A DNA stretch of 37,713 bases from a virus, in IMG/VR virus record IMGVR_UViG_3300036770_003386, positions 84,139 to 121,851 of that record; one strand, written 5' to 3'. Positions 22,895-31,828 of the stretch are shown piece after piece (position 1 is the first letter of the stretch; the number at the start of each line of letters is the position of its first letter). A program made the translations under genes and the position numbers. Under the pieces are notes generated by a model, which was not told the origin of the DNA, made no database searches, and was given only the letters and a program-made list of their open reading frames with translations.

Positions 22895-23368
22895 TCAATC
22901 TCCAAGCGTATGAATGACTGGTTTTTCGTGTGCTAGGATGCGATAAAGATCTTCATTCTGTGCTGCTGATACAGGCACAAATTCAGTCTTATCATTAAAC
23001 TCATCGTCACGAATTGCCTGATTGATGACGATAGAACCTTCTTCACCAGACCAAGAGCGATGATAGGTCATTTTAGGAATCACAAGAGCACCAGAAGAAC
23101 GATTAAGATGAACGATATGATAAGGATAACGCCACTCGGGATTCACCAACTCAAAGGTTCTACTTCCAGACAAAACACGATTATGGTCTACCTGATGATA
23201 ATGAATATAAAACTGCTTTGCTCCTACAATATCATCAGGAGGAGAGATGGCGGCACCAGTATGAACCACTAAATCTTGTGCGTTACAATCTTCTACCGAA
23301 ATATCATAGAAGATAACGGCATCTGTCTCACGAAATACTCTGTGCTTTTTGAACTGAACTTCCGACAT
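22895..23368 (-). CDS. Cupin-fold protein (cyanobacterial type)
   Basis: FYIHYHQVDHNRVLSG and LVIP..TYHRS cupin motifs. Confidence 0.8.
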   Translation of the reverse strand: MSEVQFKKHRVFRETDAVIFYDISVEDCNAQDLVVHTGAAISPPDDIVGAKQFYIHYHQVDHNRVLSGSRTFELVNPEWRYPYHIVHLNRSSGALVIPKMTYHRSWSGEEGSIVINQAIRDDEFNDKTEFVPVSAAQNEDLYRILAHEKPVIHTLGD

Positions 23369-23598
23369 TAGAATCCTTTTGCTTTTGATTTTTGTTTAAT
23401 ATCTAGCACCTCAATATGACTCAAAAAGTTCCCATTGCGATTCCACCATAAGACCTGTGCGTCCTCATAATTATCAAAGACCTGATAGGTTCCATCATCA
23501 TAAACAACCTTATAATGATGGCGAGTATAAGGTTTCTCGCAGTGTAGTTTGAATGATTTTATCTCTTGTTGATTGTTGTCAATAACACCCATAACCAA
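23368..23598 (-). CDS. Hypothetical protein (PYTRHHYKVV; start uncertain)
   Basis: ORF track. Confidence 0.7.
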   Translation of the reverse strand: MVMGVIDNNQQEIKSFKLHCEKPYTRHHYKVVYDDGTYQVFDNYEDAQVLWWNRNGNFLSHIEVLDIKQKSKAKGF

Positions 23599-23647
23599 AT
23601 CTCCAATAATACAAGTACAATAATTTCAACAAAAACTGGTGGTAATG

Positions 23648-23824
23648 TCATAGAAACTTTTTACCCTCAGTATCAAACTTAGTCCATTTAGCAATGTTAA
23701 GACACATTGAAAGTGTTGAATGTTCTCTATTATATAAGTCCCAATCTTGTTTCATTTTAGCATTATATCTGCGACGATAAGCACAACACCAGACATTAAA
23801 AAAGATTTTATCCTTTTCGGTCAT
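23648..23824 (-). CDS. Small hypothetical protein (58 aa, FFNVWCCAYRRR)
   Basis: Manual ORF. Confidence 0.65.
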   Translation of the reverse strand: MTEKDKIFFNVWCCAYRRRYNAKMKQDWDLYNREHSTLSMCLNIAKWTKFDTEGKKFL

Positions 23825-24014
23825 ATTCTATCACAATTCTTTTATGTTCGGTGGTTCTGGTGATACAAGTCTCATAAGATAATTTTCCACCAAGTGCTTC
23901 TGCTGCTGCTTCAAGAAGTAAATCTATATTAATAGCAATCTTATCCCCATCAAGTGAAAACTTTTCAAGGTCTTCAATAAATTCTTCAACTGCTCGTTTT
24001 TGTGGTTCCTTCAT
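23808..24014 (-). CDS. Hypothetical protein
   Basis: ORF track. Confidence 0.75.
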   Translation of the reverse strand: MKEPQKRAVEEFIEDLEKFSLDGDKIAINIDLLLEAAAEALGGKLSYETCITRTTEHKRIVIEYDRKG

Positions 24015-24159
24015 CTTCTTTTAATTTATCAAGGTATTCAGTAAGTGCTTGAATGAAGTCTTGTTCAGTCCAGTCATTCATTATGCTTTCTACTGGGTCA
24101 AATTCATTCCAAGAAATCTCAAACGATCCATCTTCTTTTTCAGTTACTTTAATTGTCAT
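23986..24159 (-). CDS. Small acidic protein (57 aa, MTIKVTEKEDGSFEISW)
   Basis: Manual ORF, ATGA coupling. Confidence 0.7.
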   Translation of the reverse strand: MTIKVTEKEDGSFEISWNEFDPVESIMNDWTEQDFIQALTEYLDKLKEDEGTTKTSS

Positions 24160-24362
24160 TTTTCGCAGTGTAAAAAGTAGTAATAACGAGCAGCATTTGT
24201 GGGCGAATATTGGACTACCTCACATCCTTTGTAGTTATCTACCACCGCAAACTTTTGGTCTGGTGGTGTTGGTTGTGCTTCTAACCAGTTCGCAGAAGTA
24301 TTCATAAGAAATACTAGCAGAGAAATACTAAAAACAGCAGTGAAAATAAAAGGTCCTTTCAT
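24156..24362 (-). CDS. Membrane-anchored small protein (FAVVDNYKGCEVVQY)
   Basis: N-terminal TM. Confidence 0.8.
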   Translation of the reverse strand: MKGPFIFTAVFSISLLVFLMNTSANWLEAQPTPPDQKFAVVDNYKGCEVVQYSPTNAARYYYFLHCEK

Positions 24363-24601
24363 TATTCATATTCTCCCAGTCTATAAAATGCTCTAAAACC
24401 TTTAGCAAGAGCACCTTCTGGTAAGTCCCGATAATCTGGGTCATAATATTGAACCATTCCCAAAATTGCGGTTGCTGTTTCTACTGGGTCTGGGATTTCT
24501 CCACTCCATTTTACAAGAAACCCACCATCCCCACCAATATGTTCTACAAGATGTACCATTACTTTTTCCCAAGAATTATTGGGCAAATCATTGAAGTTCA
24601 T
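24362..24601 (-). CDS. Hypothetical protein
   Basis: ORF after module 17. Confidence 0.8.
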   Translation of the reverse strand: MNFNDLPNNSWEKVMVHLVEHIGGDGGFLVKWSGEIPDPVETATAILGMVQYYDPDYRDLPEGALAKGFRAFYRLGEYE

Positions 24602-24624
24602 AATGTTTCTGTGTGTATGAAGTC

Positions 24625-24682
24625 ATTATACAACAAAAGGCACCCGATTTCAAGTGCCCTTGTTCCAGTTTATAAAGTGTTC
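24625..24682 (-). promoter_or_regulatory. Palindrome-promoter module 17
   Basis: TGTTCCAGTTTATAAAGTGTTC 24661-24682; TTGAAA-17-TATAAT; stop abuts at 24683. Confidence 0.85.
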
Positions 24683-25504
24683 TTATGATATTACTTCAAC
24701 TTTTACTATATCCTTATGTTTTTTATATTTTCTAGTATAAACATTATATGCACTACTATAAACATATCCATTTTCTTTTGCCCAACCAGTTAATCCCCAA
24801 GTAGTAATTTCACTACCATCATTAAAAGTTATTTTCCACAACTTTGACGAATGATTTTTTTCACCTTTTTGTGCTTCCTTCATTTTTAAGATTTGTTCTT
24901 TGGGAATAATTTTTCCTTTTTGAGATTTGCTTATTTTATCTCTTGTTTCTTGAGTAACAATTCTCCCTTTATTTGATTGACTTATTTTATTTTTTATTTC
25001 TTGTGAAAGTTTTTTGCCTTTATTAAACTTACTTAATTTATCTTTTGTTTCTTGCGAATGACTTTTTCCAGTATTTGATTTACTTATCTTTTTTCTAGTT
25101 TTTTCAGGTAAGGATTTACCATAATTATGGTGATTTTTACCACTTTTTACTGCACTTAGTTTTTTCTTATGGTCTTCACTTAGTTTTTTAGACCTGAATT
25201 TAGAAATAACTTCGGCAGAGTGTTTATAACCAGAACATCCATCTCCACCATCAGTTTTGTTTCTCAAAATACCAGTTCTTAAATCTTTTCTACCGAACAC
25301 TGAAATCATATAAATTTCGTGTTTGAATGCTTCTTCTTCGGTTAAATTTTGTTTTAAGTAGATTATTCTAGATTTATCTTTTGGTCGTCTAACTTCAGTT
25401 TTATCTTTATTGTATAATCTTCTTCCCGTACCTTTACCTATGTAATAAGGTGTTCTATCTTCACGCAAATATGCGTAAGTATAAAATCTGTTAAGATTTT
25501 CCAT
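24683..25504 (-). CDS. GIY-YIG homing endonuclease with tandem NUMOD3 repeats
   Basis: FYTYAYLR..PYYIGKG, E.YMI, LRNKTDGGDG; repeated (H/L)S.ET..KIS.S.KG. Confidence 0.92.
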   Translation of the reverse strand: MENLNRFYTYAYLREDRTPYYIGKGTGRRLYNKDKTEVRRPKDKSRIIYLKQNLTEEEAFKHEIYMISVFGRKDLRTGILRNKTDGGDGCSGYKHSAEVISKFRSKKLSEDHKKKLSAVKSGKNHHNYGKSLPEKTRKKISKSNTGKSHSQETKDKLSKFNKGKKLSQEIKNKISQSNKGRIVTQETRDKISKSQKGKIIPKEQILKMKEAQKGEKNHSSKLWKITFNDGSEITTWGLTGWAKENGYVYSSAYNVYTRKYKKHKDIVKVEVIS

Positions 25505-25515
25505 AACTGCTCTTA

Positions 25516-25593
25516 ACTTGGTGGTTATTATTATTTATACAGGAAAAGCACCACAAAAGGTGCTTTATCCCAACCTGAAAAGAACCACCAAGT
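25516..25593 (-). promoter_or_regulatory. Late promoter enclosed in a long hairpin
   Basis: TATAAATA 25532-25539; ACTTGGTGGTT/AACCACCAAGT outer stem; AAAGCACC/GGTGCTTT inner stem. Confidence 0.8.
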
Positions 25594-25606
25594 CAGGCAA
25601 TATTAT

Positions 25607-25948
25607 TTATTCTTCATCCCACGGAGCACGACGATTTAGAAGTTTTTTCAAACTTTCTATTTGTTCTGGGTCTGGATTGTTTATTCTCTCTACAAGGGCA
25701 TCAAAATCCTTCTCAGGCAACACAATGCGTTCAGGTTTTGCACCTTTACCCCAATACTGCTCAAATGCCCATTGATAATTCATATCAATATACCCACCAT
25801 TCAATGAACTCCAAAAAGAATTCCAAAGATAATAATCATCAAATCTAAATCCTTTGTGTGACATCAACCTGTACCACCACCATATCGGAGTATACTTAAT
25901 CGGTTTAAATCCGATTATCCACTTGTTTAAGAACACTGGAAAGTTCAT
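25607..25948 (-). CDS. Trp-rich hypothetical protein with DUF1778-like tail (IVLPEKDFDALVERINNP..APW)
   Basis: ORF track. Confidence 0.8.
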   Translation of the reverse strand: MNFPVFLNKWIIGFKPIKYTPIWWWYRLMSHKGFRFDDYYLWNSFWSSLNGGYIDMNYQWAFEQYWGKGAKPERIVLPEKDFDALVERINNPDPEQIESLKKLLNRRAPWDEE

Positions 25949-26178
25949 TTCTTACTCATCATATAAGTGTAATAAGGGTCTCTGCCCCTTAAATTATAAG
26001 GATCAAAACCTTCTTGGGACATAATGTATTCATCCATCATTTGGTGATAACCCCAGTTGAGCTCGTCAAAGAAAGCACAACGATCTATATTGTCATTATA
26101 ATCCAAACGGAACATAATGGCAATATAGATGCTGTCAAATCCATCAAGTATAGAACTAACCCATTTTGACAATTTCAT
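25945..26178 (-). CDS. Hypothetical protein
   Basis: Start probably ATG 26178 (GGAG upstream). Confidence 0.7.
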   Translation of the reverse strand: MKLSKWVSSILDGFDSIYIAIMFRLDYNDNIDRCAFFDELNWGYHQMMDEYIMSQEGFDPYNLRGRDPYYTYMMSKK

Positions 26179-26443
26179 CCAACTCCTTCTCATCAAAGAT
26201 ACTCTCCACATATGTATCAAAATCAAGGGCAGGTTCTGACATCACATAATGACCAATATCTTCCCAACCTTGAACATGATTGCTCACATAATCTTGAATA
26301 GCAAGGAAAATCTTTGCTGCTCGTTGTTTGTCGTGAGAGGTTTGAACTTTATGGGGATGAGAAACAATATTTGTAATCACATCAAAGAGTTCTTCCAGTT
26401 GAATGGAAAATGCTTTTTGATTTTGATTGATTTCAAGTGTCAC
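26156..26443 (-). CDS. Hypothetical protein
   Basis: GTGA coupling. Confidence 0.75.
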   Translation of the reverse strand: MTLEINQNQKAFSIQLEELFDVITNIVSHPHKVQTSHDKQRAAKIFLAIQDYVSNHVQGWEDIGHYVMSEPALDFDTYVESIFDEKELDEIVKMG

Positions 26444-26634
26444 GGGGTTTCATCACTCCAATAGTATTTCAGTTTATCACCATCTGCGGAAATATTCAAG
26501 TGATAAATCTTTTTGTCTTGTGTGTAAATTCCCACCCACAGGCTCCGTTCATTCATACTTTCCAGGTGAAACATTTCCACTTCTTCCAGCACGATTTCAT
26601 CTGGGTTTTCTTCCCACCTTACAAGTTTAGTCAT
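26440..26634 (-). CDS. Hypothetical protein (NPDEIV...FHLESM)
   Basis: ATGA coupling, GGAGG RBS. Confidence 0.8.
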   Translation of the reverse strand: MTKLVRWEENPDEIVLEEVEMFHLESMNERSLWVGIYTQDKKIYHLNISADGDKLKYYWSDETP

Positions 26635-26834
26635 TTTGCCTCCCAATACTTACCATCAGGGCCACAAAGAAACTCATACTGCCTCTCATAAGCACAACGA
26701 TAACCATTAGTCATTTGGGACACAAGGTTCAAATCATTAGGACGAAAACACAAATCCCAATTATCATTTTTTCTAAGAATGTTTTCTACCCAATTCATAC
26801 GATAATACTTACAATCCTTACAGAGTTTAGTCAT
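26631..26834 (-). CDS. Cys-rich small protein (LCKDCKYY...CGPDGKYWE)
   Basis: ORF track. Confidence 0.85.
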   Translation of the reverse strand: MTKLCKDCKYYRMNWVENILRKNDNWDLCFRPNDLNLVSQMTNGYRCAYERQYEFLCGPDGKYWEAK

Positions 26835-27040
26835 TTTTCAAGTTCTTCCGCAAGTTCATAAAGCATTCTAGCATCAACTACCATATCTTCACCATCACCA
26901 AAATGATAGTATTGATACTCATTAGCAATTTCTCTAATGGCAGTGGATAATGCTTGTCTTACATCTTCACCATCCTTTACACCATTATCAATCAGTTCCC
27001 CACAAAATGCTTTCCAGATTGTTTGTGCTTTTGTGTTCAT
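26831..27040 (-). CDS. Hypothetical protein
   Basis: ATGA coupling. Confidence 0.8.
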   Translation of the reverse strand: MNTKAQTIWKAFCGELIDNGVKDGEDVRQALSTAIREIANEYQYYHFGDGEDMVVDARMLYELAEELEK

Positions 27041-27186
27041 TTAGTTTTTACACCTCTTCTTCTATCGTGTTCAGCAACTCGTGCCTTATCAACATTTCTA
27101 CCCCAAATATCATATCCTTGTGTTTGAATGAACTTTTTGTTCCTTTCATCTTTCTTTTCAAATCTGTTCATTTCAATATCCTCCAT
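27037..27186 (-). CDS. Small hypothetical protein (49 aa)
   Basis: Manual ORF filling gap. Confidence 0.55.
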   Translation of the reverse strand: MEDIEMNRFEKKDERNKKFIQTQGYDIWGRNVDKARVAEHDRRRGVKTK

Positions 27187-27188
27187 AA

Positions 27189-27341
27189 TCAGTTGTAGTA
27201 AGCAGAAGAAACCCAACCAGGAATACCAGCACTATCAAGATAAGAATTGATGCGTTCTACTTCATTCTGTGCTACTTTTTCATCAGTAGTTTCATAAAGA
27301 AGTTCAGTTTCTCCATTGGTGGTTTGATAGATGTAGAACAT
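27189..27341 (-). CDS. Small hypothetical protein (50 aa, MFYIYQTT)
   Basis: Start reassigned downstream of module 18. Confidence 0.75.
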   Translation of the reverse strand: MFYIYQTTNGETELLYETTDEKVAQNEVERINSYLDSAGIPGWVSSAYYN

Positions 27342-27368
27342 TTGAAGTTCCTTTGTGTGTATGAGGAT

Positions 27369-27425
27369 ATTATAAGGCATCCAGAGGCACCCAGAGCATC
27401 CCCTGTGCCAGTTCGTCAAGTGTTT
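27369..27425 (-). promoter_or_regulatory. Palindrome-promoter module 18
   Basis: TGTGCCAGTTCGTCAAGTGT from 27404; -10 TATAAT. Confidence 0.85.
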
Positions 27426-27432
27426 TCTATTC

Positions 27433-27555
27433 TCAATACAAACCATCCCTTCTTCGTCTGTTTTTTCTTTTCCTATCCATAAAATATTCAAGAACACCAA
27501 ATCCCATAGAAATAATAATATATGGAAGTAGGAGTATCGCAATATATTCAATCAT
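27433..27555 (-). CDS. Small membrane protein with basic tail (40 aa)
   Basis: Manual ORF MIEYIAILLLPYIIISMGFG...RKRKNRRRR. Confidence 0.6.
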   Translation of the reverse strand: MIEYIAILLLPYIIISMGFGVLEYFMDRKRKNRRRRDGLY

Positions 27556-27563
27556 CAGGTGTC

Positions 27564-27863
27564 TCAACTATAATTGTAATGTAAATGGGTCTCCCACGTA
27601 AAAGCAGGTTGATCTTCACGAGCAATCATCTCTATAACATAATCTGGAACCAGTTTACCATACTTGTCCAAGAATTCGTCTTGTGTGAGTTCATCAAATC
27701 CGTGCATATAATGGTCGCAATCAACAAACTTTGCGAACCTTTCTTTCTCACGATCTCTACCATCAATAATTTGATAGTTACGGCAGATTGTTAAGAAGAA
27801 AGACCTACCTTCACCAGTGGCACAATAATCAATCGCAAAGAAACGATAAAATGGTTTAGTCAT
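27564..27863 (-). CDS. Hypothetical protein (DYCATGEGRS)
   Basis: ORF track. Confidence 0.85.
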   Translation of the reverse strand: MTKPFYRFFAIDYCATGEGRSFFLTICRNYQIIDGRDREKERFAKFVDCDHYMHGFDELTQDEFLDKYGKLVPDYVIEMIAREDQPAFTWETHLHYNYS

Positions 27864-28027
27864 TATCCTATAAAGAGATTTGTAGAAATATCGTAAAAGT
27901 ATTGAGGTGGTTCGTCTGGTTTCTTTTCTGGTTCGGGTTGATAAGAACTTTGTGGTTTTTGTTGAGTTTTTAGATACTCTTTGAGTTCTTCCACACTCAT
28001 TTCATAGAGTTTTGGTTGTTCAGTCAT
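27863..28027 (-). CDS. Small hypothetical protein (54 aa)
   Basis: Manual ORF, TAATG coupling both sides. Confidence 0.65.
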   Translation of the reverse strand: MTEQPKLYEMSVEELKEYLKTQQKPQSSYQPEPEKKPDEPPQYFYDISTNLFIG

Positions 28028-28152
28028 TAGAGAGTAACAGCATACATTAGAAGAAAAAATGACGATAGAAAAAGTAAGATTGTTGGTTTATCTTTTACAT
28101 ATAGTCCAATAAAAATGTTTGCGATGAGAAGATAAAGTTGTGTGTTAGTCAT
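28027..28152 (-). CDS. Small membrane protein (41 aa)
   Basis: Manual ORF MTNTQLYLLIANIFIG. Confidence 0.6.
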   Translation of the reverse strand: MTNTQLYLLIANIFIGLYVKDKPTILLFLSSFFLLMYAVTL

Positions 28153-28163
28153 TTTCTTTTACC

Positions 28164-28379
28164 TCATTTCTTATTCATAAACTCATTATAAGCATCCATA
28201 GCATTTTCAATTTGTTCTTTTAAGTGAACAACTTCGTCTAACGATATGATATTTCTTTGAGTAGATTGTAAATCGGACAATTCTAACTCAAACGCAATTT
28301 CTTTTTTCTCAAATGCTTCGGTAAAATTGTTATTACCATAACGAGTTGGAAATAGTTGAAGTTTAATTTTTTTAGTCAT
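28164..28379 (-). CDS. Hypothetical protein
   Basis: ATGA coupling, AGGAG RBS. Confidence 0.75.
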   Translation of the reverse strand: MTKKIKLQLFPTRYGNNNFTEAFEKKEIAFELELSDLQSTQRNIISLDEVVHLKEQIENAMDAYNEFMNKK

Positions 28380-28687
28380 TCTTTTTCTCCTTTCAGTTTT
28401 CTAACTCTTTCAAGAAACTCATCTGCTTGGTTACGAAGACCTTCAATCAATCCCTCAATATCTTCAATCGCAATGTGATTATACTCCCGATTAAGATATT
28501 CACAACGAATCGCATCAATCATACTTTCCATAGCAATAATCTGTTGATACTCTGGTGTGATTATGCCCCAAGGAAATGCAGAAGTTGCAAGATTGTGAAA
28601 GTCATTATATCGTTGAAGAACACGATTACTCTTTTCTCTCCGTTCGGCTTCCTCAAAAAATTCGTCAGGATAAAATCGGTCTTCCAT
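28376..28687 (-). CDS. Hypothetical protein (MEDRFY)
   Basis: Start reassigned downstream of module 19. Confidence 0.8.
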   Translation of the reverse strand: MEDRFYPDEFFEEAERREKSNRVLQRYNDFHNLATSAFPWGIITPEYQQIIAMESMIDAIRCEYLNREYNHIAIEDIEGLIEGLRNQADEFLERVRKLKGEKE

Positions 28688-28709
28688 AGTGGTTCCTTTG
28701 ATTTCCTCT

Positions 28710-28767
28710 ATTATACAACAAAAAAGGGCACCTGTGAAGTGCCCGTGTGCCAGTTTGTTAGGTGTCC
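28710..28767 (-). promoter_or_regulatory. Palindrome-promoter module 19
   Basis: TGTGCCAGTTTGTTAGGTGTCC 28746-28767; GGGCAC hairpin; -10 TATAAT; stop at 28758 inside. Confidence 0.9.
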
Positions 28768-28907
28768 TCTTTCTTTTGCTTTTCAATAAGTTCTCTTAGC
28801 CTTGCTCTACCATAATCTGTGAGTTCTTTTTTGGCATTTCTCAACTCTTCCACTTCCTTATCAGAAAGAAAGAAACCATCAGGAAGATGCCCATATCCTT
28901 CACTCAT
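28758..28907 (-). CDS. Small hypothetical protein (49 aa, ends KEDT)
   Basis: Manual ORF. Confidence 0.7.
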   Translation of the reverse strand: MSEGYGHLPDGFFLSDKEVEELRNAKKELTDYGRARLRELIEKQKKEDT

Positions 28908-29079
28908 CTCTAATTTTCCTCAACCATTGAGCAAAGTTATTCCAGTGTCCGTCATTCACTTCTGTTTGGAGGTCAGCAGCACGGTTGTCTTGGTTCATTT
29001 TATCAACCAAATAACTTATCTCACAGTGAATAAGATACCGATGCATTTTTAACATCGTATCAATTTGTTCGTCAGTCAT
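28900..29079 (-). CDS. Hypothetical protein (MTDEQID)
   Basis: TAATG coupling. Confidence 0.75.
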   Translation of the reverse strand: MTDEQIDTMLKMHRYLIHCEISYLVDKMNQDNRAADLQTEVNDGHWNNFAQWLRKIRDE

Positions 29080-29306
29080 TAGAAATAATCCTTCCTCACA
29101 CATTCTGTTTCAAGGTCTTCTACTCGGTCTTGTAAATCCATAATAATCTCAAGAATTTTTAAAGCATCAAGATTTCCATTCTCATCAGCAATCAAAGAGA
29201 GATATGATTGATTTATAATCTCTCTTTGTTCTTCATATGGTTTGTAATGCCACTCTTTTCTTTGTTTTTGAGTATATGTATTCCAATCTGCTGGATTGTA
29301 TCTCAT
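29079..29306 (-). CDS. Hypothetical protein (MRYNPADW)
   Basis: ATGA coupling. Confidence 0.75.
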   Translation of the reverse strand: MRYNPADWNTYTQKQRKEWHYKPYEEQREIINQSYLSLIADENGNLDALKILEIIMDLQDRVEDLETECVRKDYF

Positions 29307-29938
29307 CGCAACATTCCCTTCATTTCTTTCAAACAATCGTTGTAGCCTTCTATACTACATTCAACAAAAGTATTCTGACTTCCTGCTGCTGATTGAGGTT
29401 CAGGCAACCATTCGGCAACTGCCTCTACAATATCACCACAAGCATCTTCGGAAAACCCCCATTTGTCTTTTAAGATGTTCCAGAGTTTTTGAGATTTGCG
29501 TTCCTCTACCATCCTATTAATTACTTCATCCATAGGTTTTGGATTATCCTTTCTGTCCCATTCTACTTCATCATACCAATCGGGTTCATCAGGACAATAT
29601 GGTTCATCATACTTCCCCTTCTTCACATCATTAAACCAAAGTCCTTCAAGAAGACGATGAGTTTCGTCATCTTGAACGAATACCAACTTTGTGCCTTCAA
29701 GAACCTCATACTTTTTCATATACCAATAAACATCACCAGGAGCTTCAAGACGATAATAATTCTCACCATTATAAAAGACAACCTCAAACTTCCCAGCAAG
29801 TTCAAGTTTCATTTTGATTTGAGGATAAGCACTCTTGATTTTACCAAAAACTTCTTTTGTCTCTTCATTATACTCAACATACTTATCAATCAGTTTGAGT
29901 TCTTTCAGAGTGAGATTGAGTGTGATAGGTTCAGTCAT
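29303..29938 (-). CDS. Multi-segment hypothetical protein
   Basis: Long ORF; C-terminal WLP...GYNDCL segment shared with 30360 and 34769 ORFs. Confidence 0.85.
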   Translation of the reverse strand: MTEPITLNLTLKELKLIDKYVEYNEETKEVFGKIKSAYPQIKMKLELAGKFEVVFYNGENYYRLEAPGDVYWYMKKYEVLEGTKLVFVQDDETHRLLEGLWFNDVKKGKYDEPYCPDEPDWYDEVEWDRKDNPKPMDEVINRMVEERKSQKLWNILKDKWGFSEDACGDIVEAVAEWLPEPQSAAGSQNTFVECSIEGYNDCLKEMKGMLR

Positions 29939-30116
29939 TTTCAGGTTCTCCAACATACTTTTGTGCGTTGAGTGTTCTCCACATTATAATCTGCTCAAAA
30001 CATTCTCCAAGATTGTGACAAACGAAACTATCTTCATCAATTCCATCAGGGCCATCCCAGATTGTAGCAGTGCATCCCTTTGTGGGATGTGAAGTCATAG
30101 TGATTTCAATCTTCAT
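29931..30116 (-). CDS. Hypothetical protein (WDGPDGID...LGECFEQI)
   Basis: ORF track. Confidence 0.8.
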   Translation of the reverse strand: MKIEITMTSHPTKGCTATIWDGPDGIDEDSFVCHNLGECFEQIIMWRTLNAQKYVGEPEND

Positions 30117-30363
30117 TATTCGTCAGTCCTACTTGTTCTTCCAGTTTAGCATACTTTCCTCGCATAAAACCTTCATAGAACGATGCGTAAATCCATTTTC
30201 TCATCAGGTCTTCACGGGTCTTTGGGTCTTCAACGGCACAGTCTCCCGCAAACCATTCAACAGTCCAAGTCCATTCAGTATGATTTCCATAAAACCATTC
30301 GTTGAAGGATGTTTCAATCTCCTCAACAAACTCCCAGTCTTGTATTGGGTATTGTTTAGTCAT
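30106..30363 (-). CDS. Hypothetical protein
   Basis: ATGA coupling. Confidence 0.8.
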   Translation of the reverse strand: MTKQYPIQDWEFVEEIETSFNEWFYGNHTEWTWTVEWFAGDCAVEDPKTREDLMRKWIYASFYEGFMRGKYAKLEEQVGLTNNED

Positions 30364-30644
30364 TTGAATAAGTTCTCATTTACTCTGCGAATAGCATCAT
30401 TATAACCCACAAAATACTCTGGTAGTCCAACACCTTTTTTATATTCAGGAATATTCTCCCTAATCAAATCTCTTACCCTATCAGTCATCTCATCACACTC
30501 AACACTATCACCAAGTTTAGTTTTTAGTAATCCCCAGAGTTTATCATAAAAACTTTGAGGTTCTACTACTCGTTGATACTTCACTCCCATAATGGTTGCG
30601 TATTCTCCTTCTATGAGAACTTTTGAGATGTCGGTTTCAGTCAT
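30360..30644 (-). CDS. Hypothetical protein (related to 34769..35197)
   Basis: IMGVKYQRVVEP..GYNDA. Confidence 0.8.
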   Translation of the reverse strand: MTETDISKVLIEGEYATIMGVKYQRVVEPQSFYDKLWGLLKTKLGDSVECDEMTDRVRDLIRENIPEYKKGVGLPEYFVGYNDAIRRVNENLFK

Positions 30645-30829
30645 TAGAGGTCAAGTGGTTGTGAGTTGTCCTTGTGCCATTGTTTGGTCCAAACCAACCA
30701 TTTTTCTATGTTTGGAGACATTTCAGCACTATAATGTTCCCCATTTTCCGAGATGGCATCCAAAAAATGAATACCTGTCTTGGGGCAGATTACTCGTGAT
30801 ACTTGTGTGAATTTTACTTTTTCAGTCAT
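30644..30829 (-). CDS. Hypothetical protein (RVICPKTGIHFLDA)
   Basis: TGATG coupling. Confidence 0.8.
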   Translation of the reverse strand: MTEKVKFTQVSRVICPKTGIHFLDAISENGEHYSAEMSPNIEKWLVWTKQWHKDNSQPLDL

Positions 30830-31164
30830 CACCAATCTCCTAAATCAGGTTCAATATCACCCAGAAGTTCTTGAGCAAACTTCAAAGTTCCCCTCTCAAA
30901 GTATCCATCACGGAAGTCATCTGTGCGTCCTCTACTTTTATACCAAGACAGAATGCCGTGCCCAACATCATCTCTTTTTATAATCGTCATATTCTGTTCG
31001 TCACACCACACTCTACCTTCCTCTCCCATCTCACGAAGAGCGTTGAGTGTAGCACAGTTCCAGTTGTTTTCAAGGAAGTTTCCGTCCTTATCAAAACCAC
31101 ACTCAGGAGCATCACCACTCCAAGTTTGTCCTCTTTCAATACATCGGGGGCATTTGTAAGTCAT
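30829..31164 (-). CDS. Cys-containing phage protein (CPRC...C.F...NWNCAT)
   Basis: ORF track. Confidence 0.85.
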   Translation of the reverse strand: MTYKCPRCIERGQTWSGDAPECGFDKDGNFLENNWNCATLNALREMGEEGRVWCDEQNMTIIKRDDVGHGILSWYKSRGRTDDFRDGYFERGTLKFAQELLGDIEPDLGDW

Positions 31165-31165
31165 T

Positions 31166-31333
31166 TCAGTTCAAAATACCAAGAGCATAAAGTTGTCGTT
31201 CAATCCTTTGACTTGGTGTTCCAGTAAAGGCACCAACAAGTTCAGGATTTAGAGTATCAAGTTTAATAGCAAGTTCCCAACACTTCTCAAGTTCTTCTTG
31301 ATAATCTTTGAGAAGTTCTTCTTGTTCAGTCAT
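31166..31333 (-). CDS. Small hypothetical protein (55 aa)
   Basis: Manual ORF after module 20. Confidence 0.75.
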   Translation of the reverse strand: MTEQEELLKDYQEELEKCWELAIKLDTLNPELVGAFTGTPSQRIERQLYALGILN

Positions 31334-31356
31334 CAGGTGTCTGTGTGTATGAGAAT

Positions 31357-31413
31357 ATTATAAGGCATCCACAGGGTTTATGGAGTGTCCTTGTGCCAGT
31401 TCTTCAAGTGTCC
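31357..31413 (-). promoter_or_regulatory. Palindrome-promoter module 20
   Basis: TGTGCCAGTTCTTCAAGTGTCC 31392-31413; -10 TATAAT; stop at 31404 inside. Confidence 0.9.
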
Positions 31414-31595
31414 TTCAGTCCAATCAGTTTAGCAAATTCAGGAGTAATGGTGAGGTTTTGTTCTCTTACAAGATTACGAACTTCTTTACGGAGATGAAGA
31501 TACTTATCTCTGTATTCTGTGAGATACTTTTGTGCTCGGTTCTTTTCATCAAAGTCGCACTGGTGTTCGTAGGTTCTACTTTCGTAGTATCTCAT
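31404..31595 (-). CDS. Hypothetical protein (ends KDT)
   Basis: ATGA coupling. Confidence 0.8.
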   Translation of the reverse strand: MRYYESRTYEHQCDFDEKNRAQKYLTEYRDKYLHLRKEVRNLVREQNLTITPEFAKLIGLKDT

Positions 31596-31828
31596 TGACT
31601 TTTCAATTGACGGATTTCACTTTCAAGTTCATAAATGCGTTCAGACATTTGGTGAAGAAACATAATCAACGAACGACTACAAATGGTCTCACCACTATCT
31701 TCTGAAATTGCAGAAATAATGTCTTCTGCTTCCGAGTTGTTATAAGGAAAGAACTCTTTTGCGTGTGCTTCGGGATATTGAATGCCCCAAGTCGTTGCGG
31801 GAATAGTTCGCTCAAAAAGTGTAGTCAT
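31592..31828 (-). CDS. Hypothetical protein
   Basis: ATGA coupling. Confidence 0.8.
   Translation of the reverse strand: MTTLFERTIPATTWGIQYPEAHAKEFFPYNNSEAEDIISAISEDSGETICSRSLIMFLHQMSERIYELESEIRQLKSQ

Noticed and set aside
8427-25504. GIY-YIG genes as group I intron ORFs
   Set aside because: No interrupted host gene or intron core elements seen; treated as free-standing
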